Source of the DNA: Nitrosopumilales archaeon
Lineage (GTDB): Archaea; Thermoproteota; Nitrososphaeria; Nitrososphaerales; Nitrosopumilaceae
Direction of reading: 5' to 3'
Assembly: GCA_016838825.1 (NCBI GenBank)
Contig: JAEHKU010000010.1
Span: 1 to 24,000 of the forward strand
DNA: 24,000 nucleotides
Shown: positions 1 through 8,789 of the stretch, in pieces
How the letters are laid out: each line of letters starts with the position of its first letter
Numbering within the stretch: the stretch's first letter is position 1
Notes under the pieces: generated by a model
Databases searched by the model: none
Told to the model about the DNA's origin: nothing
What the model saw: only the letters and a program-made list of their open reading frames with translations
Position numbers and translations under genes: made by a program

Positions 1-105
1 AAAAATTAGTTGAAAAGAAACCAAAAGAAGTATCATCCAAAGCCAAAAAATTAGTTGAAAAGAAACCAAAAGAAGTATCATCCAAAGCCAAAAAATTAGT
101 TGAAA
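1..105 (+). repeat. Perfect 45-bp tandem repeat: two identical copies (1-45, 46-90) and a third copy that diverges after ~15 nt. The array may continue upstream of the window.
   Basis: Direct comparison shows 1-45 and 46-90 are identical base for base. The unit is 15 codons and is open only in frame 3 (KKLVEKKPKEVSSKA). Confidence 0.9.
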
Positions 106-566
106 GAAAAAAAACTGTTCAAGAAAAAAATGCCGTGGAAGAAAAAATTGAAGACATGTCTGATGAAGAAATTGAGAATCTCCAGATCGGTAATTTGGAT
201 ATGGATAAACTAACAGCTAAAGTATGTGACATAATAGGAAAATATGATGAAGGAATTTTTCAAAGTGAATTATGGAAGAATCTTAAACTATCAAGCAAAG
301 ATGGATCCAGATTTGCTTTAAAACTGGATAAAATGGGAATTGTAAAACGCGAAAAAATTCTAGAGAATGGCAGATGGACTTACAAATTAAAATTAAACCA
401 AGTACCGGTTAGCACACAATCACTTGAGGACGCACCATGTTTGGTTTGTCCTGTAGAACAAAAGTGTTCACTTGAAGGAGAGATTAGTCCACGTACTTGC
501 CAGTGGATCGAAGAATGGGTTATTACTAAATTTGCAAAATCAAAGGGTATAAGAAAAAAGAAATGA
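1..566 (+). CDS. Winged-helix plus 4-Cys (FeS-type) protein resembling archaeal TFE-beta / RNAP III RPC34. It is probably 5'-partial, with a lysine-rich repeat N-terminus. Alternative internal starts are GTG 135 and ATG 156.
   Basis: Frame 3 is open from nt 3 through TGA 564-566 with no stop. The wH-like segment is SELWKNLKLSSKDGSRFALKLDKMGIVKRE. The C-terminal motif PCLVCPVEQKCSLEGEISPRTCQWIEEW (Cx2Cx5Cx10C) matches my recollection of the RPC34/TFE-beta FeS domain. The end overlaps the next gene by ATGA. Confidence 0.55.
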   Translation, partial: KLVEKKPKEVSSKAKKLVEKKPKEVSSKAKKLVERKKTVQEKNAVEEKIEDMSDEEIENLQIGNLDMDKLTAKVCDIIGKYDEGIFQSELWKNLKLSSKDGSRFALKLDKMGIVKREKILENGRWTYKLKLNQVPVSTQSLEDAPCLVCPVEQKCSLEGEISPRTCQWIEEWVITKFAKSKGIRKKK

Positions 567-1156
567 AGCTACTAGATGCCCGTAGAGATTATTATAGAAG
601 GATAGCTAGAGAAGAAGGATATAGAAGTAGATCTGCATACAAATTAAAAGAACTAAATGATTCGTATCGAATTATTGGTTCTGAATTTTTTGTTCTAGAT
701 TTAGGCTGTGCACCAGGTGGATGGATACAGGTAGCAGTTGAGATAGTGGGAGGTAGTGGAAAAGTTATGGGTATTGATAGCTCATACGTTGAAGAAGTAG
801 ATAGGGCACATATCATACGAGATAATATAGAAGATGAGTCAATAGTGGGAAAAATTTTCTCATATTTTGGGGAAAAAGTGGATGCAGTCATTTGTGATTT
901 ATCTCCTAAAATAAGTGGAAATTGGTCTGTAGACCATGCAAAACAAATCGCTTTGAATTATGCTGCAATAAAAATAATGGATAATGTTCTTATCCATAAA
1001 GGAAATGCCTTGTTTAAGGTATTTGATGGTGAATATTCAAACGAATTCAGAGACTTTGTTAAAAAGAAATTCATAAAAGTTCAACTCAGAAAACCAAAAG
1101 CTAGTAGGAAACCAAGTAGTGAGTTATATTTTATTTGCCTTGGATACAAAAGTTAA
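563..1156 (+). CDS. rlmE: 23S rRNA 2'-O-ribose methyltransferase, FtsJ/RrmJ (RlmE) family
   Basis: N-terminal RRDYYRRIAREEGYRSRSAYKLKELN and the SAM motif VLDLGCAPGGWIQVA. ATGA overlap with the upstream ORF. Confidence 0.9.
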   Translation: MKLLDARRDYYRRIAREEGYRSRSAYKLKELNDSYRIIGSEFFVLDLGCAPGGWIQVAVEIVGGSGKVMGIDSSYVEEVDRAHIIRDNIEDESIVGKIFSYFGEKVDAVICDLSPKISGNWSVDHAKQIALNYAAIKIMDNVLIHKGNALFKVFDGEYSNEFRDFVKKKFIKVQLRKPKASRKPSSELYFICLGYKS

Positions 1157-2301
1157 TTAGAAAAAATCTTTATAATTTCATCAATTCTACAATTTGTTCT
1201 AAAGCCTGTGGGGTTCAGAGATGTTGAAGTTGCAAAATACCCTGCAGCGTGAAGCTTTTCTAACGCATTGTCCAATCCTAATGGAGCACTTTTCATTCGT
1301 GACGCTACCTCATCTAAGGTAAAGTAAGTACCTGACATTTCGGCTTCTTCCAATGATTTAGCTAGAATTTTTTCACATCGTTTATCCACACTATATTTTT
1401 GATATTCCATTAACATAGTTTCTATAAACGATTTGTTAAACAAATTATCTATCCATAAGGGACCTGCCAATTCAGTTTTTTGTTTACATACTTCGCACAA
1501 ATTCTCTGGCTCCTTTTGCAATCTTCTGTGACCACACTTGTTGCAAAATACAATGAATCCCATACGGTCTTCTACCTCTGAATTCACCAATATCCTGACA
1601 TACACTCTATAGTAATGCATATCAGTGTGGACAAAAAGTGGTAAGCATCTAACATCGAATCGTCCTCCTATCAGATGTATACATCCCATGATCAATCTTA
1701 ACGCAATTTCATTGCTGAACTCAGTTCTTACTGGGACGCCATAATACTTTTTTTTACATGCATTTTGGAATAAACCATGTAAAACTGGTAAATCAGTAGC
1801 AGTCAATGCTAAAAGACCTCCGTGAGCTGTCGCTCTAATCCCACAATCAATGTATCTTGAGGGAGAACCAAATGGATCGATATCAACAATAGCTCCTCTT
1901 TCTCCACGTTTGGAATGTAAACTTAGAAATCTACAAGCCTCATTTTCTGAGAATTCACAATTTTGAATGTCGTTTAACTTTGCAGATTTTTCTGCAAGTT
2001 CTATAGATTTTGCATTAATGTCATTAACAATAACTTTTTCTGTATTTTTTATCTCATTTGCAATTCTGATACTGCGTGCACCCACACCAGCAAGGCTATC
2101 TAGGAAAATCTTTTGGCCTTTGAAATTTTTTAAAAATGATGAAGATGCGATGACTGAAAGATCTCTGTTTAACTTTGCTCTTGGATTGAAGAAGGCTGGA
2201 TCCTTGGGTGGAGCATTAACTTTTAGTGAGTTCTCAGGAACTAGAAGCTTAGTAGAACCCTCAGTTATTTCTACTATTTTGGTTAGTTGATCAATTTGCA
2301 A
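1153..2301 (-). CDS. trm1: tRNA (guanine26-N2)-dimethyltransferase Trm1
   Basis: FFNPRAKLNRDLSV, LDSLAGVGARSIRIA and DIDPFGSP motifs, plus a Cys cluster CNKCGH...CEVC. The start is TTG at 2301 (no nearby ATG), so the exact start is uncertain. Confidence 0.88.
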   Translation of the reverse strand: MQIDQLTKIVEITEGSTKLLVPENSLKVNAPPKDPAFFNPRAKLNRDLSVIASSSFLKNFKGQKIFLDSLAGVGARSIRIANEIKNTEKVIVNDINAKSIELAEKSAKLNDIQNCEFSENEACRFLSLHSKRGERGAIVDIDPFGSPSRYIDCGIRATAHGGLLALTATDLPVLHGLFQNACKKKYYGVPVRTEFSNEIALRLIMGCIHLIGGRFDVRCLPLFVHTDMHYYRVYVRILVNSEVEDRMGFIVFCNKCGHRRLQKEPENLCEVCKQKTELAGPLWIDNLFNKSFIETMLMEYQKYSVDKRCEKILAKSLEEAEMSGTYFTLDEVASRMKSAPLGLDNALEKLHAAGYFATSTSLNPTGFRTNCRIDEIIKIFSN

Positions 2302-2346
2302 TGAGATTCTATTGTTGTAAACCTATAATGAATTAATAGTTCTACA

Positions 2347-2991
2347 ATGGCAAATAGGCGGATGCTAGTATGTGGAGTTGATGAGGCGGGTAGAGGATCA
2401 GTATTAGGTCCACTAGTAGTTGCTGGTGTTCTAATTGATAGTTCCAAAATCAGAAAGCTTTCCTTACTCGGTGTAAAAGATTCTAAACAATTGAGTTCTT
2501 CAAAACGAAAACAATTATACAAAAAAATATTGAGTCTTGTAGATGAATATTACGTAGTCAAGATTAGTCCAAAGACTGTAGATTATAGTGTTCAAAAACA
2601 TCAATTGAACAATCTTGAGGCTAAATATATGGGCAAAGTAATTTCAAAACTTGAACCAGACTTATCTTATGTAGACTCATGTGATGTAAATCCTAGAAGA
2701 TTTCGCAAGGAAATATCAAGATATGTCAAAAATGGGACAATTCGATGCACTCATCATGCAGATAGTAGATTTCCAATAGTTTCTGCTGCATCCATAGTTG
2801 CAAAAGTTAGCAGAGATAGAGTCATTGAAAGACTACGCAAAAAACATGAATTGGGAAGCGGTTATCCATCAGACTATAAAACTATGAAATTTGTTAGTAA
2901 TTGGATTTTTACAAAAAAAGAGGCTCCAACGTTTGTGCGCACTAGTTGGAAACCAGTAAGAAATCTAATGGCAGAATCAGCTTTAAGCTGA
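2347..2991 (+). CDS. rnhB: Ribonuclease HII
   Basis: GVDEAGRGSVLGPLVVAG and DSKQLS motifs, HHADSRFPIVSAASIVAKV, and GSGYPSD. Confidence 0.92.
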   Translation: MANRRMLVCGVDEAGRGSVLGPLVVAGVLIDSSKIRKLSLLGVKDSKQLSSSKRKQLYKKILSLVDEYYVVKISPKTVDYSVQKHQLNNLEAKYMGKVISKLEPDLSYVDSCDVNPRRFRKEISRYVKNGTIRCTHHADSRFPIVSAASIVAKVSRDRVIERLRKKHELGSGYPSDYKTMKFVSNWIFTKKEAPTFVRTSWKPVRNLMAESALS

Positions 2992-3678
2992 ATATTTTGC
3001 AATGACTATACTGTGGTCTTTATCGTAAGGCGCTAGATCAAGCTCTTGAACAATTTCAAATGAGTTTCGGAGTTTTTTAATTTCATTTTGAATTATTTTA
3101 CGAGGATCTTTAGTGACATCTATGCTTCTTGTTTTTATGATAAGCATTAGGTGTCCACCATTCCGTAAATATGCACGACAATTTTGAATCGCAATATTTG
3201 TTTGATCGGGTTGTGCAATGTCAACATAAACGACATCAACTTTACCGTAAACAGAAAAATATTGTGCAGGGTTTCTGGCGTCCTGAATTATTGGAATTAT
3301 GTTTGATCTTTTAGATGCTACTCTATCCAAAAAATCTCTAGCAACTCTACTGGAATGTTCAACACCAAAAATAATACCATTTGGTCCCACGATATCAGAA
3401 ATATGACTCACTGTAGTACCAGTAGAGACTCCTAGATAGAGAACTTTAGATTTTCTAACAATTGGTATAATTTGAAGACCATTCATAATTGCTGCTGCAA
3501 GCTTGCTACGAAATGGGTTCCAAACTCTATACTCTGTTCCTTTTAATTTGATTAGTTTTTCTTTGTAAACTTGATTTCCTTGAACCAGATTTTGCGTAGA
3601 AAGTTTTTTTTCACCATCTACTTTGATCCAAAAAATACTACCTTCTTCGGTGCCTAAACTTTTTTCTTTTTTTTGCAA
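2983..3678 (-). CDS. flpA: Fibrillarin, the rRNA/tRNA 2'-O-methyltransferase of the C/D box sRNP
   Basis: YRVWNPFRSKLAAAI and LYLGVSTGTTVSHISDIVG..GIIFGVEHS.RVARD. It lies immediately downstream of nop5. The start is TTG at 3678, overlapping the nop5 3' end by 41 nt. Confidence 0.92.
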   Translation of the reverse strand: MQKKEKSLGTEEGSIFWIKVDGEKKLSTQNLVQGNQVYKEKLIKLKGTEYRVWNPFRSKLAAAIMNGLQIIPIVRKSKVLYLGVSTGTTVSHISDIVGPNGIIFGVEHSSRVARDFLDRVASKRSNIIPIIQDARNPAQYFSVYGKVDVVYVDIAQPDQTNIAIQNCRAYLRNGGHLMLIIKTRSIDVTKDPRKIIQNEIKKLRNSFEIVQELDLAPYDKDHSIVIAKYSA

Positions 3679-4888
3679 AACTCTTGTGAGATCTAGATTT
3701 TTTTTGTTCCATTATAGCCTTTCTTTTTTTATTGGAAATGATTTGTGTTTTTTTATGAGATAAGCTCTTTTCTGTAGGCTCTTTGTAAATTTCACTAATT
3801 TCTTTAACTCTGATGTTCAATTTATCCAATAATGTTTGATTCAGGCCTTTACCAAACACATCTACTCTCGCTGCAATAGCAGCTTTAGATGCAATTGCTC
3901 TAGCTAACTTTCCTCGCTGCCATCGTGGGGCTGTATGTACTAGAGGATGTTGAAAAAGTATACCATGTTTTGGTGGTTGAGAGCCAGTTCTAAGTGAACG
4001 AAAGAGTGCTTTCTCTGCCCCAAGAACTTGAATAGTACTAGCAGGCATAGTGGCGAGCCTCTTAAGACTTCCTGCTCGGGCAAGAATTCTTGCTGCTACA
4101 GCTGTACCAAGGATTGCAGAAATGTTTGGAGCAATATTTTCCATTTGAGTCTCTATATGATTTTCTAATGTTTTCCGTAGTTCATGGAGTTCAATAATTT
4201 GTTTTGCAAGACCTTGAATAATTGCAAGATTCTCATCTGATATCTGTCCTCCTCTGCTTCGCTCTTGTACGACAGATAACATCTCTACTTTGTTATCTGG
4301 AAAACCAACATCTTTGTAAATCTGTTCTGTTAGGTTTTCCCTTTTTCCTGCTAGAACTATTTGTGAGTAAGCATTTATGCTGTCCACAATGTTGTCCAGC
4401 TCCGGAAAATGCAATCCATACCATTCGCGTACTATAGAACTAATTCTATTGATTATATTGTCGCCTTCATCTAGAGCATTTATTGCATGAATAACATGCA
4501 GATCAGGACTCTCTGATATTTTGGTAACTTTAGCAGACGATAAATTCAGTGCAAAATTTCGAAGTTTTGTCCTCGCATCATTTTCATCCTTGGCAAAACC
4601 TGACTCGACTAGGATTTTTGTTTTAGTAGACTGAATAATATCAATCTCTTCATCTTTCATTAACCATGCTTCGATAGATTTTTTTTTCAATAGACGCAAG
4701 AATGCAAAATCATTTACTAAGAAACCTGTATCTTGTTTTTGTAAAAATTCTTCCAAGTCTCCAATGTTTGCTTCACCGTTCTTAATCTCAACATATTCAT
4801 TTGCAGGATTCGCGAATGGAAATGATTTTACGAATTTATCATTCTCAAATATTGAGATGCCTAATTCAGTTAAAATAACTGCATGCAT
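3638..4888 (-). CDS. nop5: Nop5 (Nop56/58) C/D box sRNP core protein with a Lys/Arg-rich C-terminal tail
   Basis: GSLKRLATMPASTIQVLGAEKALFR..PKHGILFQHP. I place the start at ATG 4888 (MHAVILTELGISIFEN). The ORF-track start at 4933 is an ATT codon. A TTTTTA-like box lies ~26 nt upstream of 4888. Confidence 0.9.
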   Translation of the reverse strand: MHAVILTELGISIFENDKFVKSFPFANPANEYVEIKNGEANIGDLEEFLQKQDTGFLVNDFAFLRLLKKKSIEAWLMKDEEIDIIQSTKTKILVESGFAKDENDARTKLRNFALNLSSAKVTKISESPDLHVIHAINALDEGDNIINRISSIVREWYGLHFPELDNIVDSINAYSQIVLAGKRENLTEQIYKDVGFPDNKVEMLSVVQERSRGGQISDENLAIIQGLAKQIIELHELRKTLENHIETQMENIAPNISAILGTAVAARILARAGSLKRLATMPASTIQVLGAEKALFRSLRTGSQPPKHGILFQHPLVHTAPRWQRGKLARAIASKAAIAARVDVFGKGLNQTLLDKLNIRVKEISEIYKEPTEKSLSHKKTQIISNKKRKAIMEQKKSRSHKSFAKKRKKFRHRRR

Positions 4889-4982
4889 TCTAAAAACAAC
4901 TCCAGAAGATTCCACTAAAAAAGGTAACAACAATCATAGTCTAAACTAACTGTTATATGCTGAAAATATTTTATGAAACGAG

Positions 4983-5891
4983 ATGAAACCTGGCCTTTCA
5001 ACCAATATTGGTCCAATTAAGTTGTCAAAGCCAACTATGCTTGCTTCGGGCATACTTGGAATTTCACTTGATGTTTTTGCTAGAATATATGAAGCAGGAG
5101 CTGGCGCGGTAGTAACCAAGTCTCTAAGTAAGGAACCTTGGGAAGGCTATCCTAATCCTACCGTTATTGGAGTTGATGGCGGTTTCCTTAATGCTGTTGG
5201 TCTTTCAAATCCAGGAGCGCCATATTTTTCAAAAATGATTTCTTCTAACACTGAAATTCCAATAATTGTGAGCCTCGTTGGTTCTGACGAAAATGATTTT
5301 ACTTTCATGATAGATCAATTTGAAAATGTGAAAATTTTAGGATATGAGCTAAACCTTTCCTGTCCACATGTAGACAAAGTTGGACTAGAAGTAGGTGATG
5401 ATCCTGAACTAGTGAAAAAAATTGTAACAACTATCAAGTCTCATACCACCATCCCCGTGATTGCAAAAGTTGGGTTAGGAGCTACAAATTATCTGGAGAC
5501 AGTAAAAGTAGCTATTGATTCTGGCGTTGATGCAATAACTGCAATAAACACAATACGTGCAATGGCAATTGATGTGGAAACACAAATGCCGACACTTAGC
5601 AACAAGATAGGTGGATTATCTGGACCAGCAATCAAACCCATTGCAGTAAGATGCGTATATGAAATTTCGAAAGAGTATGGCATACCAATAATTGGTTGTG
5701 GGGGAGTATCAAGATGGGAGGATGCTATAGAATTCTTCCTTGCAGGAGCATCTTCTGTACAAATTGGTAGTGCAGTTAGTGATGGTTGGATTAACGTGTT
5801 TGGAGAAATCAATGATGGCATATCCAAGTATATGGAGCGGAAAGGATTTTCAAAAATTTCGGAAATGGTAGGGCTTGGAAAGAAACCCTGA
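4983..5891 (+). CDS. pyrD: Dihydroorotate dehydrogenase, class 1B catalytic subunit
   Basis: KPTMLASG, NLSCPH and GGLSGPAIKPIAVR motifs, IGCGGV. It is followed by an overlapping pyrK. Confidence 0.92.
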   Translation: MKPGLSTNIGPIKLSKPTMLASGILGISLDVFARIYEAGAGAVVTKSLSKEPWEGYPNPTVIGVDGGFLNAVGLSNPGAPYFSKMISSNTEIPIIVSLVGSDENDFTFMIDQFENVKILGYELNLSCPHVDKVGLEVGDDPELVKKIVTTIKSHTTIPVIAKVGLGATNYLETVKVAIDSGVDAITAINTIRAMAIDVETQMPTLSNKIGGLSGPAIKPIAVRCVYEISKEYGIPIIGCGGVSRWEDAIEFFLAGASSVQIGSAVSDGWINVFGEINDGISKYMERKGFSKISEMVGLGKKP

Positions 5892-6687
5892 CAAGCCAAC
5901 AATTTTTACGATTGAAAAAGTAATAGACGAAACTCCTACGGTAAGAACGCTAGTCTTTAGTGATGAACTTTTATCAAAAGTTCTTCCAGGGCAGTTTGCT
6001 ATGGTATGGGTCCCCGGTGTGAATGAATTACCTATGAGCATTATGATATCGAAGGAAGCGGGAAAAGCAGCATTTACAATAAGAAAGCTTGGAGAAGCAT
6101 CAACAGCACTATACAATACCAAAGTAGGTGGCTACATTGGAATAAGAGGGCCTTATGGCAATTCATTCACTATTATGCAAGGTAATCTTCTACTGGTTGG
6201 TGGTGGAACAGGTCTTGTTCCCCTCATGCGACTTTTGACTTTTTTTAAAAAAAACGATAAAGTTACTTTGTTGATAGGCGCAAAGACAAAAGAGGAGGTC
6301 TTTTTTGAAGGACTTGCAAATCAACTTCTTGAAAAAAATCAACACCAGGTAATAGTGACAACGGATGATGGTAGCCATGGTGAAAAAGGATTAGTGACCA
6401 ATGTAGTTGAAAAGCTTGTAGCGGAAACAAAATTTGATGCAGTATATACCTGTGGACCTGAGAAGATGATGTACAAGGTAGTCAAACTTGCAAACAAACA
6501 GGAAATTCCTGTTGAGGCTAGTTTGGAAAGAATGATGAAATGTGGAATTGGAATGTGTGGAAGTTGTTGTATTGGAAAAGAGCTAGTTTGTCGCGATGGA
6601 ACAGTATTTGAAGGAAGATCTCTTTTGTCCAATAAGGAATTTGGCTTAACATACAGAAGCAAGGCAGGTATTCTAGAAAATTACTAA
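5875..6687 (+). CDS. pyrK: Dihydroorotate dehydrogenase electron-transfer subunit (FAD/2Fe-2S)
   Basis: Ferredoxin-reductase-like LLVGGGTGLVPL and the C-terminal cluster motif MKCGIGMCGSCCIG...VCRDG. TTG start overlapping the pyrD end by 17 nt. Confidence 0.88.
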   Translation: MERNPDKPTIFTIEKVIDETPTVRTLVFSDELLSKVLPGQFAMVWVPGVNELPMSIMISKEAGKAAFTIRKLGEASTALYNTKVGGYIGIRGPYGNSFTIMQGNLLLVGGGTGLVPLMRLLTFFKKNDKVTLLIGAKTKEEVFFEGLANQLLEKNQHQVIVTTDDGSHGEKGLVTNVVEKLVAETKFDAVYTCGPEKMMYKVVKLANKQEIPVEASLERMMKCGIGMCGSCCIGKELVCRDGTVFEGRSLLSNKEFGLTYRSKAGILENY

Positions 6688-6747
6688 ATTGCCATCTAGT
6701 CTGGGAAGGTTTAAAAATCAATACCTTGAAATTTTCAAGAGCTAAAG

Positions 6748-8472
6748 TTGGGCCATCCAAAGATTGTATTAACCGCTGATCGAACATTAATGTCCCCATA
6801 TCGTGGGCTATCTCTTGCTACGTTCTTTGGCTGTGCACCGGCTATAGATCCACATAGAAAAAAGAGCGATTTTTGGTATCGTATTCTCAAGGATCAAGTA
6901 ACACCTAGAATTTTGTTTGATTTTATTTGTAATCCGGTAGGTCATCATGATGGAATTGCTGATTTTGCTCCATATGGTCTTAGAAAGGTAGAGGCAGGAC
7001 TCTTACGTGATGGTTTCAAACGAGAAGATGTTGTAGTTGCACATCCAGATCATGTAGAAAAATTCATTGGTCCAGAAACTCAAGTGGTTGGAACTCACGA
7101 AATGGATCCACTTGGTATGGGGCCTGTAACTATGACTTTTACTTATGGCCGCAAACAAATTTCCTATGATGAACTATATTGTAAAGAATTGCATGAGAGA
7201 ATTAATGCTGCCAAGAAGAAGAATGGTAGCAATGCCAAAGTTGTAGTTGGTGGCTCTGGAACTTGGCAGTACAACTATGATCCTGAAAAAATTCAAGAAT
7301 ATGGCTTGTATGCTCTTCTAGAAGGAGAATTGGGAGGGATTGCGCCAGAAATTGATGGACATGCAGGAGCATTCTTCAGATATTTGATTAATGGTGACTT
7401 TGAAAATATGGATCCATTCCGTAAACGAAAAGATTTCCGAGTTAACATTAAAGAGTTTGAACGAGACAACAAGAAATTACACGCAAGATTTGTTAATTTT
7501 TGGGACAGGCCTGATATTGAGGATATCCCTGACATAGTCGAACCAAGCATGCACGGAATGGTTGAAGTGATGCGAGGATGTGGACGAGGTTGCAAGTTTT
7601 GTGATGTAACATTAAGGTCTTTGAGATATTATCCACCTGAAAAAGTTCGGAGAGAGATTATGGTTAACGTCAAGAAAGGCATGAAAACTGCATGGTTACA
7701 TAGTGATGATATCTTCGTCTATGGTTTGAATCCAAGAACAACAAAAAACATGGCTCCAAATCGAGAAGCCATAGAGGAATTATTTTCTGTTGTCATGGCA
7801 ACAGGAATTGAACACACAAATCCAACTCATGGAACAATTGCTGGCGCAATTGCAGATGAAAGACTGGTTCCAAATGTGTCAAAAATTATCAAAGCTGGGC
7901 CTGACAACGTGATAGGCATACAGTGTGGCCTTGAGACTGGAAGCCTTAGATTAATTGAGAAATATGCTGATAGAAAACTTGCGCCATTTAGTCCTGAAGA
8001 ATGGCATTGGGTGGTGAAGGAGGGAGTAAAAACACTAAATGAGAACTATTGGATTCCGGCATTTACGTTGATAATGGGCTTAGATAACGATGAAACACCT
8101 GAAGATTCATGGGAAACTATAAGATTACTCAATGAATTAGAGCATGAACAACCAGATGCGATGTTCACTGTAACACCACTTACTTTTGTACCTATTGGGT
8201 TGTTGGAAAAATCTAAATTCTTTGATATAGGACACGAGCTGTCCCCTGCACAACTTGGGGTTATGTACAAAACCTGGCAACATAACTTCCTGTATGGTAT
8301 TAAGAAATTTATGGTAAAAACTGGAAGTCGCGGCTCTCTTAAAAGGATGGCTTTCAATGCCCTTGCAAGAGCTTTGGGTAATCGTCCACTAGCTGCTATG
8401 GAAAGCTATGCACGGAGAAAAAGCCCAGAGCATGAGAAGGTTATTGAGACTATTAAGGTAAAATACTGGTAG
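6748..8472 (+). CDS. Radical SAM enzyme (574 aa) with a large B12-binding-like N-terminal domain; substrate unknown
   Basis: CX3CX2C motif GCGRGCKFC at nt 7579-7602. The N-terminal region has KIVLTADRTLMSPY, APYGLRKVEAGLL and VVVGGSGTW..LLEGE. The whole protein has only 7 Cys. TTG start, with a TTTAAAAAT box ~32 nt upstream. Confidence 0.75.
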   Translation: MGHPKIVLTADRTLMSPYRGLSLATFFGCAPAIDPHRKKSDFWYRILKDQVTPRILFDFICNPVGHHDGIADFAPYGLRKVEAGLLRDGFKREDVVVAHPDHVEKFIGPETQVVGTHEMDPLGMGPVTMTFTYGRKQISYDELYCKELHERINAAKKKNGSNAKVVVGGSGTWQYNYDPEKIQEYGLYALLEGELGGIAPEIDGHAGAFFRYLINGDFENMDPFRKRKDFRVNIKEFERDNKKLHARFVNFWDRPDIEDIPDIVEPSMHGMVEVMRGCGRGCKFCDVTLRSLRYYPPEKVRREIMVNVKKGMKTAWLHSDDIFVYGLNPRTTKNMAPNREAIEELFSVVMATGIEHTNPTHGTIAGAIADERLVPNVSKIIKAGPDNVIGIQCGLETGSLRLIEKYADRKLAPFSPEEWHWVVKEGVKTLNENYWIPAFTLIMGLDNDETPEDSWETIRLLNELEHEQPDAMFTVTPLTFVPIGLLEKSKFFDIGHELSPAQLGVMYKTWQHNFLYGIKKFMVKTGSRGSLKRMAFNALARALGNRPLAAMESYARRKSPEHEKVIETIKVKYW

Positions 8473-8509
8473 TACAAATACATAAATTCAATCACGAGGA
8501 GCTTAAATT

Positions 8510-8698
8510 ATGCCAACACACGGTTCGCTTACAAAGGCAGGAAAGGTAAAGGGTCAAACACCTAAAGTTGAAGGTCGCGTAAGAATAGGTACCAATGCGA
8601 TCATCAGAAATAAAGAAAATTTCAGAAAACGATTTACTCTGAAGAGATATCCTGGTCAGAATAAACCTGGTCGAAGACGTAGACCAAGACGAAACTAG
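8510..8698 (+). CDS. rps30e: Ribosomal protein eS30 (S30e)
   Basis: HGSLTKAGKVKGQTPKV signature and a basic tail. GAGGAG lies ~9 nt upstream of the ATG. Confidence 0.9.
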   Translation: MPTHGSLTKAGKVKGQTPKVEGRVRIGTNAIIRNKENFRKRFTLKRYPGQNKPGRRRRPRRN

Positions 8699-8789
8699 AT
8701 CTTATTGGCCTATTAATGAGGGGAAATTATTGTTACAAAATTTTGACCTAGTGTTTGTAATTTATCTTTCGAGATACTTATCTAGATGG

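Noticed and set aside
5395-5407. C/D box sRNA candidates (RUGAUGA...CUGA), looked for because nop5 and fibrillarin are present. Examples are GTGATGA-tc-CTGA at 5395-5407, GTGATGA at 23046-23052 and TGATGA at 12433-12438.
   Set aside because: All hits are inside coding regions and lack correctly spaced C'/D' and D boxes or terminal stems. None was found in intergenic spacers.
6748-8472. Radical SAM enzyme as the tetraether lipid synthase (Tes/GDGT-MAS type)
   Set aside because: As I recall, that enzyme type binds several auxiliary Fe-S/iron sites and needs many Cys. This protein has only 7 Cys, and 3 of them are in the canonical CX3CX2C motif. The idea is kept only as a generic lipid-rSAM possibility, not a call.
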